Below, in pieces: positions 20,727 through 35,678 of a stretch of DNA of 64,000 nt. The stretch's first letter is position 1. The number at the start of each line of letters is the position of its first letter. The DNA is from Catajapyx aquilonaris. Lineage: Eukaryota. Under the pieces are notes generated by a model that was not told the origin of the DNA, ran no database searches, and saw only the letters and a program-made list of their open reading frames with translations. A program made the position numbers and the translations under genes. The stretch spans positions 1 to 64,000 of the forward strand of contig KZ538114.1 of NCBI GenBank assembly GCA_000934665.2, read 5' to 3'.

Positions 20727-23700
20727 ATGGTGGTGGTGCAGTGCAACCAGTGCAGCGGCAATGTGCAACACCACCAGTGCGGGATACACGCTCTCTTTGC
20801 AACTCCTGCTGCTGCCTCTCCTGCACGACCTGTGATACCACCCGTGGTGTCACTCCAAGCGGATCCCCCGGCCCCTCTGCTGCACTGCCCAGAGATGACC
20901 GCAAGGGCACAGCTCATCTGCCGACCCAACTCACATCCCTTCCAGGAGAGGAGCCTCACCCTAGACCAGCCAGTCAAGATCGGAAGGAGCGTCGCCAGGG
21001 TCAGGCCCGCACCAAACAACTCCATCTTCGACTGCAAGGTATCGTCACGCTCTTCATGTACTGCCGAAAGCATGTAAACGATAACCTGCCATGAAAGAGT
21101 AACAGCCAAACTTCCACCGCAACATTCGATTAGGCCGCCTTTACATATGAGCAATTTGATCAGCGATGGGGCAAAAGTAACAATTGCTTTTTGCCCCAAA
21201 AAATTGGTTTCATGGCATCGAATCACTCATATGTAAAAGTGACCTTAGACAGCCTGTAGCAGCGAAAGGGATGAAATGATATGCTGCAAGGTACAAGCTT
21301 GCTGGAAAATTGATGTCACTGATGTAACACATAATTTGCGTTATTGAGTGGAATTTTCGTCGTACTACTAGTTACTTCTAACGTAGCATTACCAGTGTAA
21401 TACAATGGTACTGCTAAGTTTGCAGTAACTAGTAATACGACGAAAATTCCACCCATTGATTTACAATATAATAGAGATGCAGCAAATTGTCCGTCATAGT
21501 GCAGAATACAACCAGTGCTAGTTGCAGGTGTATAATTGAGCATAAACATTACTCGCCATGTGTTTCCAAGCAAAATTACGACTCCTAACATGACCCTAAA
21601 ATAACTTGGATGCTCTCCATGTGCTGCGAGTGGGCCTCCCGATTGCTTGCTGAATTAGGTGCAGCATGGATCAATGACAAACTTGACAGGTTATAAAGAT
21701 AATGAGTGATATCAATGTATTAAAGTGCAATATCAGGTTCATGCTTCCCACTTGAGACTCAGGCAGGATGAATGAAGGATTCTGTCTAGTGGGAAGCTGT
21801 TGACGTAAGCGGCCAGCACACTGCAGTTGCACATGCGAGGTGCGAAGGTTGGTCTCAAGCCAACATAACAAAAAAAAATGTTGCTTTTGCGCTAATCCTA
21901 GTTACAGAGAACCTCTTTTATCACTTCCAATGGGTGCTTAGCCAAGATAAAAGCTGGGGGTAAAGCAAATATTGTTGGTCACACTAATAACACCTCTTTT
22001 AATTACTCATGCGATATAGAGTATCTACATAAAGATTGCAGGAGAAGTTTAGCTGTTACTAAGGTATGGTCATGGTTGGTTATAGTCACGGTCTTATGGT
22101 TATAATGATAAGTTAGCGTCCAAACTTTTGTAATTCTTGAGGACAGGCTTGTAACATCAGGTGTTGTCAAAGTCATTACAGTACTTGTTGATTTGTGTAA
22201 CTTTAATGTGGTAGTGACATGCGAGCACAAAATCTTTTCTTTCTCATAGCGTACAGTGTTCTAACTGAATCACACAGTGGCCCAAAGTAAACTGTTTTTC
22301 TAGGCAGTTTTTGAATATTTAAGCACATGCAGTACAGTATAGTGTGTTACGTACAGATTATTTCGGTGAAGTGATTTTGAAAGCATTGCTTTTCATTAAA
22401 GTCATGTCCTGTTAGGTTTGTGAGCATTAAAGTAGGTACCATTTCATGTATCTATCAGCATCTGATGATATTTGAGTAATTTGGCATGCACCATAGTCTG
22501 GTATCAATTAGTGTGACCCCAGGCAACACGCTAGCAAGGGTAGATAATGAGGTCTGCTACAAAAATTATTCAGTTTCTACTCTTCATTAGCTTGAATGAC
22601 TGAATTGTCGCTTATTGAAAGAAAGGAAACCAGGATTAGCTCATTTATAAGGCTTTTTCCAGTGTAGAATGACCAGGACGAATTAAAGGGCATGTGACCT
22701 CTAGAAGGCTTGGCAATAAGCAGGGAATTCATTACCATAATTACGACACATTCATGCCACTTGAAATTCGTGGAGCGTTTTGTGTCATTAAACTGAAGCA
22801 TCAGAACAGCTGCTAATGGGTTTCTCCATTTAAATGAAGTCCGGCAGTGTTTGTGTAGCCTGAGAGCTGCTACATCTGTTAAAATGACACATTGCTTATA
22901 TGCCTTGTTATCTTTACACGGAGAGATATTTTTACTTGGTGCTGATGTTTATGCTTGTTAATTAGTGTGACAAATTCAGTGTAAGCCTACCAGAATTGAT
23001 TATGCAGTCAGTTGGAATGAAGGAGAAAGTGAGAGAAGGTGCTACCCAGATTGTTTCGGAATACATTAAGTTACCCGTGGCCTCCAAATTAGGGTCAATG
23101 AGCTTAACTGATGCCAGCCAGTAGCAGTGTTCCTTTAGTGTCATTCTTATACTCCGTTTGCCACTTTCAGTGTGAGGCATATTTTGCTTGCTCTCTGCAT
23201 ACCATTTCCCCGTCTTTATGTGAAGTTAGAAACCCTTGTTTTGTACCTCTTTCGCAGGTTCTTTCCCGCAACCATGCACTGCTGTGGTACGACAATGGAA
23301 AGTTCTACCTGCAGGACACGAAGAGCAGCAATGGCACATTTGTCAACAACCAACGCCTCAGTAAGGGATCGGAGGAGTCGCCTCCTCGGGAAGTATGCTC
23401 TGGGGACATTGTCCAGTTTGGGGTGGATGTCATGGAGAACTCGAGGAAGGTGACCCATGGGTGCATTGTAGCCACACTCAAATTGTACCTGCCAGATGGA
23501 AAGGAAGCCAAAGCCAGCCCCACCACTGGGGTCACATCTGGAAGTGGCTCTGGGGCTGGAAATGTCCCCTTGCAAGACCTATATCAGCTGAATCAGTACC
23601 TGCAGGAGGCCATGCAACGTGAGCAGATGCTGGAGAATAAGTTGGCTATGATCCAGCGCCTTGTGAAAAGCACCAAGGAAGCAGCTGAGTCAGGCTGGAA

Positions 23701-25144
23701 GTCCATGATAGAGGAGGACCGGCTACTGACTCGAATCGAGATCCTGGAGTCCCAGCTGCAGGCAAAAGCTTTCCCTGAGGACAAATCTAAAGAGGAAGTG
23801 CGCCTGCTGCAGGAAGACAAAGAGAAGTACCAGTCCACGGCTAAGGAAAGCTTGTTGCGGATGCTGCAGGAGAAAATGGGTGCAGCCAAGAAGCTTCAGG
23901 AGGTGGAGAAGGCCCTGAGCAACACGGAAGATGAGTGTGTGGGGCTGAAGGAAATGTGTGATCACAACCAGGAAGAGCTGCAGGAGATAGGAACTAAGTA
24001 CGGTGATGAGCAGAAGCGTGTGGAAGAGCTAGTTCGTGAGCTGCAGGAAGCCAAAGAGAGGCACAAAGAAGAAATGGATCGTATGGAGCAGGAACGCAAG
24101 GAGCTGCAGTACCAGTTGCAGGACAGGGGAAAGGGGGGTGGTCCTGCAGGTGAAAGCGGGGGTGATAGTGAAGGGGGCAGTGCCGGTCCGGCTCCTGCAG
24201 AGGAGGAGGAAGATGATGACGAAAACAGTGGGGATTCTAAGGTTCGGGTCAAGATACAGGACCTGCAGGAGAAGGATGATGACAACGACAAGATGGACAA
24301 TGATGTTGAGCAGGATCTGGTGTCGCAGCTGCAAGAGAGAGTCCGTTGCCTTGAGGCACAGCTGCAGGAGAAGACAGAGAAGGCACATCCAGTTCTAGAG
24401 GATGATGGTGATGAGAGCGAGACAGGCTCTGAGAGCAGTAGTTCGTCCGTCTTGGTCGCCAATGGGACTCTTGTGCGTCCGGCTAAGGACAAGGACGACA
24501 TCCAGCGCTTGCAGGGTGAGGTGTCACGCCTCCAGGAGGCAAACCGCCGAGAGGAAGAGAAGCGGCGCCAGGCAGAAACCCAGAATGAGCGCCTGAGCTC
24601 TGAGCTCGATTCAGCCACTGCCAACATCCGACAATCTTTTGACGAAGCCAATCAGCTCAAGCGGCAGCTGCAGGGTTGCCAGGAGAAGCTGCGGCTCAAG
24701 GAAGAGGGTGTCGGAAGGGACATGCAGGATCAAGAGAAGCACCTGCAGGAGCAGTTTCGCCAGAAGGAGGCTGAGCTCCGGAGGCAGCTGGAGGAGGAGA
24801 AGCTCAGATTCAAAGCCAGCCTGGCAGAGGCCGACGCTCTCCGGCGCCAGCTCCAGAGTGGAGCCAGGCGGAGCAGCAGCAGCCAACGGAATGCTCCACC
24901 AGTGGATGCAGATCTGCTGAGGCTAGCGGACCGGCTGCAGGAGACTGAAGACCAGCTGGTGACCCTGAAGGAGAAGTATGCCAGCTGCAACCTGGAGAAG
25001 ACAAAGCTAAGTGGAGACCTGAGGCAGATGCAGGAGGACTTGAGGAACACGATAGGGAGATCCCGAAGAGCAATAGTGTGGTTCGTGGTTCCCCTTGCGG
25101 TTCTTTTCTTGGCCATACTCATCGCCTTTCACCCGTCGACCTGA
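20727..25144 (+). CDS. SLMAP: Sarcolemmal membrane-associated protein (FHA + coiled coil + C-terminal tail anchor; STRIPAK subunit), ~732 aa
   Basis: Exons 20727-21038 and 23258-25144. FHA motifs [48 protein letters not shown]; long coiled coil; terminal [22 protein letters not shown]. Confidence 0.96.
21133..21244. mobile_element. PIF/Harbinger-type MITE in SLMAP intron
   Basis: GGCCGCCTTTACATATGAG vs reverse complement GGTCACTTTTACATATGAG; TTA TSD at 21130-21132 and 21245-21247. Confidence 0.75.
21346..21454. mobile_element. Hairpin MITE in SLMAP intron; related partial copy near 28480-28524
   Basis: 31-bp TIR G(A/G)GTGGAATTTTCGTCGTA(C/T)TACTAGTTACT with 2 mismatches; ATT on both flanks. 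GACGAAAATTCCACCC recurs at ~28510. Confidence 0.7.
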
Positions 25145-28100
25145 GACCACAACTATCCTTAAAAAGCATAGTGCCATTTTTTTGACCTGGAACTTTCATG
25201 ATGTGAACTTTTTTTTTCATGTTATTTTTGTTGTGAGCCTCCCCTGACATCAAGGTGGAATGTTTGCATGGACTCAGGGAGTAGGCAAAAGGTTAAGGTT
25301 GCATGGACTGGTGAGTGTGGATTTCTTGTTCAGTTATTCTGATGACATTGCACATAGTCATGAGTGTTGTGAGTGCACAATAGCCAAAATTCGGAGGTCA
25401 CAAAAAGTCAGGAAGGGGGGTTACAGAGGGGAACGGCAAGTACTGAAAATAATGATATTGCAATTTATATACAGATGGAGAAGTTTCTGGTAAAATTTGT
25501 GATTATTCCTTGCTGGAATAAATTTTGTTTTCGTTTCTAATTATCCATTCAATTGGAAAGAGCAATAAAAATGTGCTTAAAAAGATGTGTAGAGGATGTG
25601 TGTCGGTGTGAAAGTGCAGTGCGTAGAGAAAAGTGTTGGATAAAACTAAAGGCAAGGTGTGCAGGGAAGAAGATTAAAAAGTGGTTCTGACAATGTGACT
25701 GGCAGTGTTCCAAGATTGCCAACAATAGTTAGTTTCGAGTCGTAGCATTGTTTTAATTTTTTGCCTTGCACATCTGGAAAATTCGAATAGGTCACAAGAC
25801 AGCTGTTGCAGTCCGATCTGAATAATATATGCATAATAGTAATTTGTAAGGCTGCTGCCTAGGTGTTGATTACGGGTTAGCATTTTCATTTCCTTCCAAC
25901 ATGGATCTTCAAACAAATGTCATTTTTTGGCTGCGAGCAGAGCTGTGCATCGATAGCAAGAATTTGTCCCCTCCCTTTTTACTTGTGCACCTCCTCCGCA
26001 TGGTACGGAGGAAGATGTACTGTATACTGTACAGAATATTAAAATTGTTGTCACTTGATGGAAAAAAAACATCTAGCTTCCTTTACAGCCAGCACGATTA
26101 TTTCACTCCCACAACCCCATGTCTCACGGATCCAGTGCATGACCGAATGATAGTTCTGCTAATTATAGTGGATCTGCTTGGGGCTTGCATAAAAGACAAG
26201 ACACGTTCCTCTGGAAAGTAGCCACGACCCAGTTCAAAATAGTATGGTAGGGTCGTGTCCTGAGCTACACTTTTGTCTCATACACTACGGAGCCCCCTAT
26301 CATGCAAATAACCCTGTCACCTTCTCATATCGGTTGATACCGGTTGATTGCTTATTGGTCGTGCGTTCATGCATGTACGGATGTATCATGATAAATGTAT
26401 ACAGTCTCACAGGTTTATGTAACCAGCTTTTGAAAGGTCGCTTTCCCTAACATGCGCTGGCCTTGGTGTGTGTTTAGTTTAGGTTTCTTTTTCTTTTTTT
26501 CGTGCCAAATTGCTGGCATTTTGCTTTCAAGATGAAGGCGCCGACTTGCTTAAGGGAAATCAAGTTTTAGGAAGTTTATATTGGTTATCGGAAGCGCTGA
26601 AAGGGGTTTGAATTCAATGCCCCTCGAGAGGGGGTTGATTCTCTATTGATATTTACACAATTGATCAAAAAGCTTTGGGGGGGACATGGTGGGTGGGAAA
26701 TGGAGCTGCGGAGAGAGCGGAATCGATTCTGAACCTCACCTGCTGCTAATATGCCCCTAGTATGACCTGCGTGTCACGAAATCGGGGCAGACCCCCTTTT
26801 GGAGTCAGCTATTATTGTTAGAGGGTAAAGCCAGCACATCCGGAAAGAGTTGGAGAAAAAAGTGCGGATAAGGGCAACAATAGGATTTCCAGCATTGTTC
26901 TTAGGTTTCTAGAGGCCCACTGACGTCACTTTGCCAATTGATCATGAAAGTTGCATATTCTCAGAACTGGTGTTTCATAGAACTGCAGGAAAAATGTTGC
27001 GTAACGGGTCTACTAATTGGCTGCAATTTTAGTTTCCAATGCGACCAAACTCTAGCCAATTAGGACTTTTGAAGAAAAAAAAAACTGGAAATAACTGCCC
27101 TTCAATTTCGTCATGACGGTATTGCTTTGTTACAGCCGGTTAGCAACAGAGAAAGTGCATTCAATTCAAATGAAGTCATATGCACTTATGGAACGCAATG
27201 TCAACATTCCTTAGAGACATGGGAGTGCTCAAGGAGGCAGATTTACGATGTTTGTGGTGAGAAGTGGATGACAGGACAAGAGGAAGTACAGGGTGTTTCA
27301 TGTGTTGCTTAGTCTCCAGGAAACACCTACACCAGTAGCATCCCACAATAACAAACGAATTTTTTTTTTCGGAGACGAATTGCCAGTAGGGATGGTATCA
27401 GTTGAGGGCCAAAATAGTGCTGCTGGAGGGGGAGATGCAAATAGATAAAGTCGGGCCCTTGACTTGGCAAAACAACAAAAAAATCGGCAGCCCAAACCTG
27501 ATGCTACGTAATCGCTCTTCGTCAACTTGTCAGTTATGTAACGCAACGCACCTCCGATCGTGCATATGTGACTATGTGAGGAAAAAAATATTTCTGCACA
27601 GCAAGAGATGTTCCCTCTCGGAAAAGAGAGAAGGAGCTAGTTCTTATAAATTATTAATGTCATGTAATAATTATTCATGCGGGTGTCGGAAAATGCGTCA
27701 TCAGCATTCTGCTCATTGCCCGGCTCTCTCCTACGTCTTCAATATTAATACAGTACAGTAATTAATAATAAGTAATAAATAAACTTCATCAATCCCATAA
27801 TTATTACACATCATTCGTCAATAAGACTCCTTGCACAGGAATATCAAGGAGACTATAGAGAATGCTTGGTAGTTGGGAGATGGAAACGGGATGCAATCAG
27901 AGACAATTGGATGCCCCTTGACCTCAATCTGTACTAATTCACACAGGACAAACGATACATCGGGCGAAGACCTCTTCTGGGATTGAGAGCCTTGCCCTGC
28001 ATCATACTTTCATTGCAAGTCTGTCCTTGGATAATCCAACAGAGTCAAGGTTGATTCTCTTCAACATTTGGACCCTCCAATCCCAACTTTATTGTTTAAT

Positions 28101-31100
28101 TCCTACGTTCATTTGGTGGGATAATTGGATGCCCCCATTAATTACTTTCTAAGTAGACGCCTAGCGAGTTTGCATTTCGAAAGTAATCTTCACTGAAGGT
28201 AATGATCCGAATCAGCGAGGGTTTTGATGGGTTCATTACGTTAGTACTGGAGCTGCTGGTAGATGGAGGCAAAGTGTGGAGATGTGGTGCTGACAGGTTG
28301 TGTTGGCTCATAGATGGCGCAGTAGTTGAGTGGTACTTACAAAGCGCCAAATTTGTTTAAAATATTATGCATTGTTAAAGTGCTTTTGGTGTAACACAGG
28401 AAGCAAGTCACTATGAAACATTTTCTATAAAAAAACCATCCAGCGACGGAAGTTACTGTAAAAGCTTGAACACTGCTAGTTGCTGCTAACTTAGTAACTA
28501 TAGCAGTGGGACGAAAATTCCACCCTATTTTTCCCCCTCAAATCATTTCAGGTAAATAAAATGTTAAAAACCATATCACAACTTATTCAACCGGCCCTGT
28601 ACATATGCTGTAACATATTGTAATAATGATGACGTGTATAATCGTTGGGTTCCCACAATACCCCCCCACCCTTCCATTGCTTTAAACGATTCATCCAGCC
28701 GGTCAATCTGGTGCAACAACAATCACGCCCATTTATTTTAGTGCCAGCTGCTACCGTCATGCATCCAGTGACCACTGGGGACATACAAAAGGATCTGAAA
28801 CTTTTTAAAGACAATAGAGGGAACAGCTAAACTACATAACCAGGACCCCAAATAAAGTGGATTTCTGTCCCTTCTTTTTTGGGGTGGTTGGAGATGGGCA
28901 GGTGCTGGGAAAAGTAGATGGGGTGTCCGAGGGAGTGCCTTAAAAAAGGCCAGGTGCAACTTTTTCCCACAGGTATGCCAACTTTTTCTAAACACCTACA
29001 TGTATGGCGTCATACCAACCTACGAATGTCCCAACCTTTAGTAAAACCGCGGACTTAATTATCTTCAGGATTACAGTCCTGTGGAAGTGCTTCAACCCCT
29101 GATGCATATTTGCATATTCATGTATGGGGGTTTTTGAGGGGGGGTATGGTACACGTGCTTGAGTAAGCCGCTGGATTGATATGCACACACACAAGGGGGA
29201 TTACCCCAGTACTGCACGTTGTTTTTCGGTCCTGAATTATCGATGGTGTAATGAAACATGTGGCTCATCGGGAATTCTCCAAATGTTATCTGCAAGAGAA
29301 CTTCCCTCTGAGTAATTCGCAACAAATTGAACCAAATATTTCGTTTGATCATACCGACAGGAAATACTGTCATAATTCCATGGGTTGGTTTGGATGACGA
29401 GGATTGGAGGTTGGGGCTTGGGGTGGGTGGGTCAGGAGGGGTGGTGGGGGGGTAGACAACCCGAAGCCCCCTAAACCGTTGGAGAGTGTGCGCAGATGGG
29501 TCTCCAGTAACTGAATTCAGGGGGCAGCGTGCCCTCGTGTGCTGGTCCATCCAAAGGTGCCGGTTCTGGAAATCGTCATCTGAGGACCACCCACCCACCT
29601 ACATCTAACTCAAAAAAAAAAACTCACGGGTAAGCACCATAGTCTGTACCCGCAATTGTTGGCAGCACTTTCTGGCGGGACTGTATCGATTTGGGGATGC
29701 TGAGGGGAGATGCATGGGGGAGATCTGATGGGGAGAGAGAAGCTGGCTGGACCCAGCATCATTTCATTCTTAGCATGTCTCTATCTGTTGGGGGGGTACG
29801 TATATGCTGGTAGGCCATACCAAGTGACCGGTGTGTTAATTGGGAGGAAATGAGCGGAAGGAAATGGTGGGCAGGTGCTTCCTGTGCCCTTTTTCATGGG
29901 GGAAGTAGATACACACAAAAAATGGGCGGGAAACAACTGCTTTCTCACTATTGAAACATTTTATTTCAACTGAATCAATTTGTTAGAATAATTTTGCTCA
30001 AATTACTCTTTGGAGAATGAAGTTCGTCCATTGTTGACCGAAGGAGTCAAAAATAACTGGTTTTACAATAAGGCAATAAGTGGAAGGAATGTGACCAGAA
30101 AAAGCTCAGCTCGACCCTCTTCCGGCCCATCTGCGCTACGGTTTGGGAGAAATACCATTGCCAGAGGCCCAGAGTGTAGCAAAACAAACAAGGACGAGCT
30201 CGGGTGTCCAATTGTGTGCTTCGAATATTCAAACAGGTGGAAGCTCTCACGGTAGGAAAATATACTCGAGAAGTGTGTGCTAACTCTACACACTTGGTTA
30301 TTTTAAAGCCAAAAATGATACACAAGGATTGAATTCACAAAGGGAGGGTTTTTTTTTTGTAGTATGTCACAGCAGCACTCTAACAAGGTGGGCACTATTT
30401 CCGAAAAAAATTTTGAAGCGTGAAGAAATGAAGTTCTAGAAATATGAGCACAATCTAACCACTCCAAACTGCTGATTATCCCAGCGTAAATTACTCTCAT
30501 TATTACATTTGTGCCCATATCGGTTTTATCACCCGAACTCCCAGATTATTCCTCATAAACGGCAGTCTCAACAAGATAGAACCCTAAATTGAGATGTAAA
30601 AGGAAGTTCGTGTAATTAAAAAAAACTGCAATCTTGTCCCCCTCCTAAATCTCCTAAAGCAATTAAACCCTCATCGACTTTTACTCGCCATATCGCACGC
30701 CCCCGCTCGTAAAACCTGAATATTGCAAATACTCCCCCCCAAAAAATTCAGACTACTTTCGCACAGAAATGGCGTCCCTCTATCCCTATACCCGCCATAA
30801 AAAGCTCCCCTATGCATCCGGATGATTCACTCCGGATAAAATTGTGCGCAGTCGCCTCTGGGTCATCTGATTCTGGAGGGGGGGTCATCCAAGTACGCTA
30901 GATTTCTTGGGCATGAATCGCAATCGATTGATCTTTTGGTGTGAGAGTATATAGATCTGGAGAAAAGTGTGCGAGGGAATTGCGAATCGATCTAGGGACC
31001 GACACTCCCACGTGTCACCTTCTTCTTAATGGGACGAAGACTAATGGCTGCTAGGAAGGGAGCAGCCTAGTGGAGCATATCTTTAGGTCTGAAACACGTC

Positions 31101-33179
31101 TATGGACAGGAAGCCTGTAAGTGGATGTGAAAAGAGCTGGTTTTTGAGCCAGACAGTTGCTCCACAATAAATTCAGATTGATGGTTAGAACTTTGTGATG
31201 GACGATTAACTGTCAGTTCAGGGTTTAATGTAGCTTACACCCGCTTAGCCTATCGGCCTGGGGTATAAAATGGACAAACAAACTTTGCCTTTTTTCCTAA
31301 CATCTCTCTGTCTGATGTTTGCCCAATCTGATAGTATCGCTAACGACCGGAAGATGGCAGGAGTGTCCAAATGGATGGTGCGCCATCTGTGCGTGACGAA
31401 TAGTACTGCGTGGTAAATCGACGGGCCATCTCACTAATTATATAGGTTTTGCCAAACTTTTCAACAGGCAACAGGCAAAGCTGGCGATATGTGGCCACCT
31501 ATATAGCCACATATGTAGTGTATTTGCCCCGAGGCGGCCCATTCCCACTTTCATGGGATTGAAAGCTTATCCCCTTGATACAAAGCTGTGGGTTGATTGC
31601 GAATCCAGAATTCTATCTACCATCCCTCTCCATTCCCCCCCTTTGCGAATCAATTGTAGGCTGGCTAATTCAGGCTCCCTCTTGCAATGTATATTCCCCT
31701 CTTCTTCCTACCCTATACACCCACACCCTAGGTCTCCTTCCGGACTCATGCTGCATTACGCCAGATTGAAGCTCATTAGCATTGTCATTTACATTTGGCG
31801 CCAGATGAAGCGCCTCATCACGTGATGCACCCTCCAGGCCTGCAAAATATTCGCATCAACCGACAATCAATCTTACTCCTCTATGGTCAGCTTTTTGTTT
31901 TGCATATGGTCAGGACAGTCATTGGTAATTACACGAGGATATGTGGGCATAAGTCGGGGAACTGGATGCACTGAGGGGTGTCAAGGGTGACAGTAATTTT
32001 GGAGGGTATTAAGTTTCATAGGGGACATTAATTTTTTAAAACGTAATGAACGCTGGGCTTATGGCACTTTTACATCGTCTCAATCAAGTTAATGGGCTTG
32101 ACTGCGAGTCCATATTTACTTTACTGCCTTACATTACGCTTACTTTGATTTTTTTAGTATGAGTTGCTGCCAGCAACTCAAACGTGAAATTTGGCTCTAC
32201 CTCCAAATTCTTCTAATTGCATATCAAAAAAATTGCATCCGAATTTATGGTGATTGCAATGTAAATATCAATATTTCAATTTTTATATAATAATTTCGCC
32301 CAGTCTCAAAAATGCTTTGAAAAACATTGGCCACCTGCTGGGCATGTGAAAAAGGAACTGGTGCTGGAGCTACATTTTTGACGTTTTCGGTCCATTTTTT
32401 TCCCAGTTTTCGTTTTTATCAATTTTGTTCTGTTAGGTTTTGTTTGGCTTGGATTTGGCGGTACTTCGACGTGGAAATAAAGCATGGCACGCTCCATGAT
32501 GGACAATTTTAAGCTACCAAATCCATTCTCCAGGAGGACTGTTACTATTCAGGTAACAGCGCATGTTTTATATGTTTTTTATTTCTTGCATCCACATTAT
32601 TTCAGTTTATGGCACACCCTGTATTTAACACGAGCTTCGATATAAACGGGCGTATCTCACTCGAAGGGTGCTATACTAAGCGTGGAAATGGACAAGAAAA
32701 GAAGTTGATGGAGCGTGATGGTCACGGGGTTCCTTCCCACATCAGCCTCCGGTGCTTCTTTTCTCTTCCAAACCAACCCCAGGGGGTGACTTCTACCCAT
32801 GTGACTCCCATATTTTTTTTACTATCTTTCCTTCTACGCGGTCTATCTCTTTCCGGCAAGGTCCTTGCGGTCCTTATTCTTTTGCGGCTCGTTTGCCTCT
32901 AATTTACGATGGGCTCCCGGATTCACTAGGGAAACGGCATGGCGCCGGAGGAACAACCCCTTTTCCTCCCCCTTTGGCGCAACAGCTAAACACCATTAAG
33001 CGCATCAAATATGCAGCAGCAAAAAGAGTATGCCGCATAGGGCCAGCATCATCAACCGGGTCCAACCATGATGAGCATGACTCATGAGGGGTCGTCATGT
33101 GAACCAACGGAAGTTGCTTTGGCTTTAAGCCCAGTATATGCAAAGACATAAAAATATGAATATGCTTCAGGAGCCCAAA

Positions 33180-35610
33180 ATGGAAGCAGAAGCCAAGGCC
33201 GAGGAGGGCAACCAGGAAGGCAACCAGGAAGATGGACGTAGCAAAGAAGCGTCCACCAGCAGCAAGAGAGCCTCACAGATACTGGAGTCCATCCGTGTCC
33301 CTCTGGTCGGCCTCTTCGGGAAGAAGAATCGGGACAGCAAGGTACAGTACCATCAATAGGCATGAGTGGCAAATCAAGTGTGATTCGAGTAGACTTTTTC
33401 TCATTGCAAAGGCAATTCAGGACATACTAATTTCTCGTTGCCAATAGAGTGAACCCGGAATACCGGAAGTTGGACATGAAACCTACTTTGGGTTCTGAAT
33501 CCGATTCCGAACACCGTTTGTCGCTATCTCTTGCTGTGTATGCTCTAATACCTGTCCACAGACGGACAGACAGCCGTTCTATAATTTTATTTAAAATAAG
33601 AAAAATGATAAAAATTAGATATGCCAAGAGATGACGTGTCGGTCTATATCCAGTTTTTGACGAAATTGTTTCAAACGCCCCCCTTTTACTCCTAGCCCTT
33701 GAATTAGATTCCAGGGTAGGGTATTTTCCCTCCCCCCTTTGAAACGGAGTGCTGTTGCTGTCAGATGTAATTGGCTGCGTGCTGATCCATCCTCCCTTGA
33801 CTGGTTCCTCCGCCTTTGGCACCATCCGATTCCCCCCCTCCTGGTGCACTGTACCAGTACTCTATTGGGTCTCCCAGAATCACTCTACCACATTTTTTTT
33901 CTTTCCAACATGGAACCCAGATCGGAACAGACCAAGCGTTGGTGATTGCCTTTCCCCTAAAGTCGCTGATTAATTTCTGCCTGACTTGCCCACCAACTGG
34001 AGCATCCCCCCTATTGCTTCTTGGACACTTTAGTTGCGGGTAAATTTTGCCTGATAAATTGCGTTAGTTGGTCCGGTCGTGTTGAGGAATGAGTAGGAGT
34101 GTAGGGGAAGTGCTTTTTTCCATTCCCTAAATCTGGTTAGAGAGTTGCGGTTACTAGTGCTGAAGAGAGACCAAATTGGATGGGGGTTGGGCAATCTGCT
34201 TTGGCAACATGGCTACTGCCAGCTGCCCCCCTCCCCTGCAGCCATGCCGCCCATTTCTATCGGAATGGCCACCGGTTTGGGTGAAGAGAGAAAAGAGGAA
34301 CAGTGAGGGGGAACTTTGCCAGGGGTTAGGGGGAAACTGGCTTTCAGCGAAGCCGCCAATGTGAAAGACAAAATCCAATGCGCCATGGGATGCTGATTAC
34401 AATGCCAAAAGCGACCATAAGCCACTTCAACAATAGTCCAATACTGATTGCATCTATACAGACAAACTTTCGGATTTATACCTTATTTATTGTGATTGGT
34501 TGCAAGTGTTAACTTCCGTGTGAAATATATGACCAGGTGGCTCCTATTAGTATCGAAAATCCATACTATCCGGACACGAGTCTCCTAAAGTATTCATAAG
34601 CTGATGGGCCTAAAACGTGAGAAGCAGTGACACGAGCCTGTGAGCTTCTCTGAAAATCCCTCGTGGGACCCACTCAGCAGCCAGACCCAGACTGAAAGAG
34701 GAGATTTATCAGCAAGCCAAACATAGCCCCGGAGCCAATTGTGATTTCCGACCCATTGTGGACCCCTAGTACAAAACAGGAGGCGGATTAATCTGCCAAA
34801 CTTGTGTCGTGTCGACAAAGGTCGTATCCCCAGCGCCAATAAGACGGCCCCAAATGTTGTTCCACACAACTGAATCACAAAAGGGGGTTTCCATATGTCA
34901 CGTGGACCCCCCACGCACTTTCCTCCTAATTAAACTCCCACCGCGATATGTCACCAACCATTGTTTTTAAACATAACATTTTTTAAATCAAAATGTCCAC
35001 ATACTTTTTTTTGGGGGGGGGGGGGGNGGGGCGGGGTTTGAAAAAGTTATAATGCAGCGCACACGTCACAATCAAACTGAGCAAATGTTATATGAAATCA
35101 GCTCGGTGTATCGGGCATGTCTAAGTAAATATAGGGAGAGGGGGGGAAAAAGCCAAAAACTTGTACCCAAGTCACGTGCCCCCCAAAAGGTCCGAGCATG
35201 TTCTGTCAGGAACACTCGCTCGCACAATGCTCGCACAATATCCAGAGAGAAAAAAAATATTGTACGCAGCTGGAGGATGTGGGCATTCAACTTCAGTCTT
35301 CTGGAAAAATGACGTGCTAATAAGATTTCCCTGCAAAGTTGTGCCAAATCTCCACCAAAAAAAAGTGGTTAGTGCCGTCGGATTTCACGGCCGATTACTC
35401 TCTTTGAGCTAACTTTTGTTGCTTTTGTGTTAAAATTCATGGCCAAAGAATCGATAATCTGCTTTATTAAATTTATTGAGCGTATCTAATTATGCGGGTA
35501 TCGGATTTTTTTTTCTTGCCTCAGAAAAAAGGGTATACTGCTGTACACCCTTTTTAATCATTCTTCTTGTGAAATTTTTTGGAAAAATTATTCCTGGCAA
35601 CAAGCGTATT

Positions 35611-35678
<68 letters not shown>

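Noticed and set aside
23461..23472. GTGCATTGTAG matching the start of miR-33
   Set aside because: Lies within SLMAP coding sequence, the match stops after 11 nt, and no hairpin is evident.
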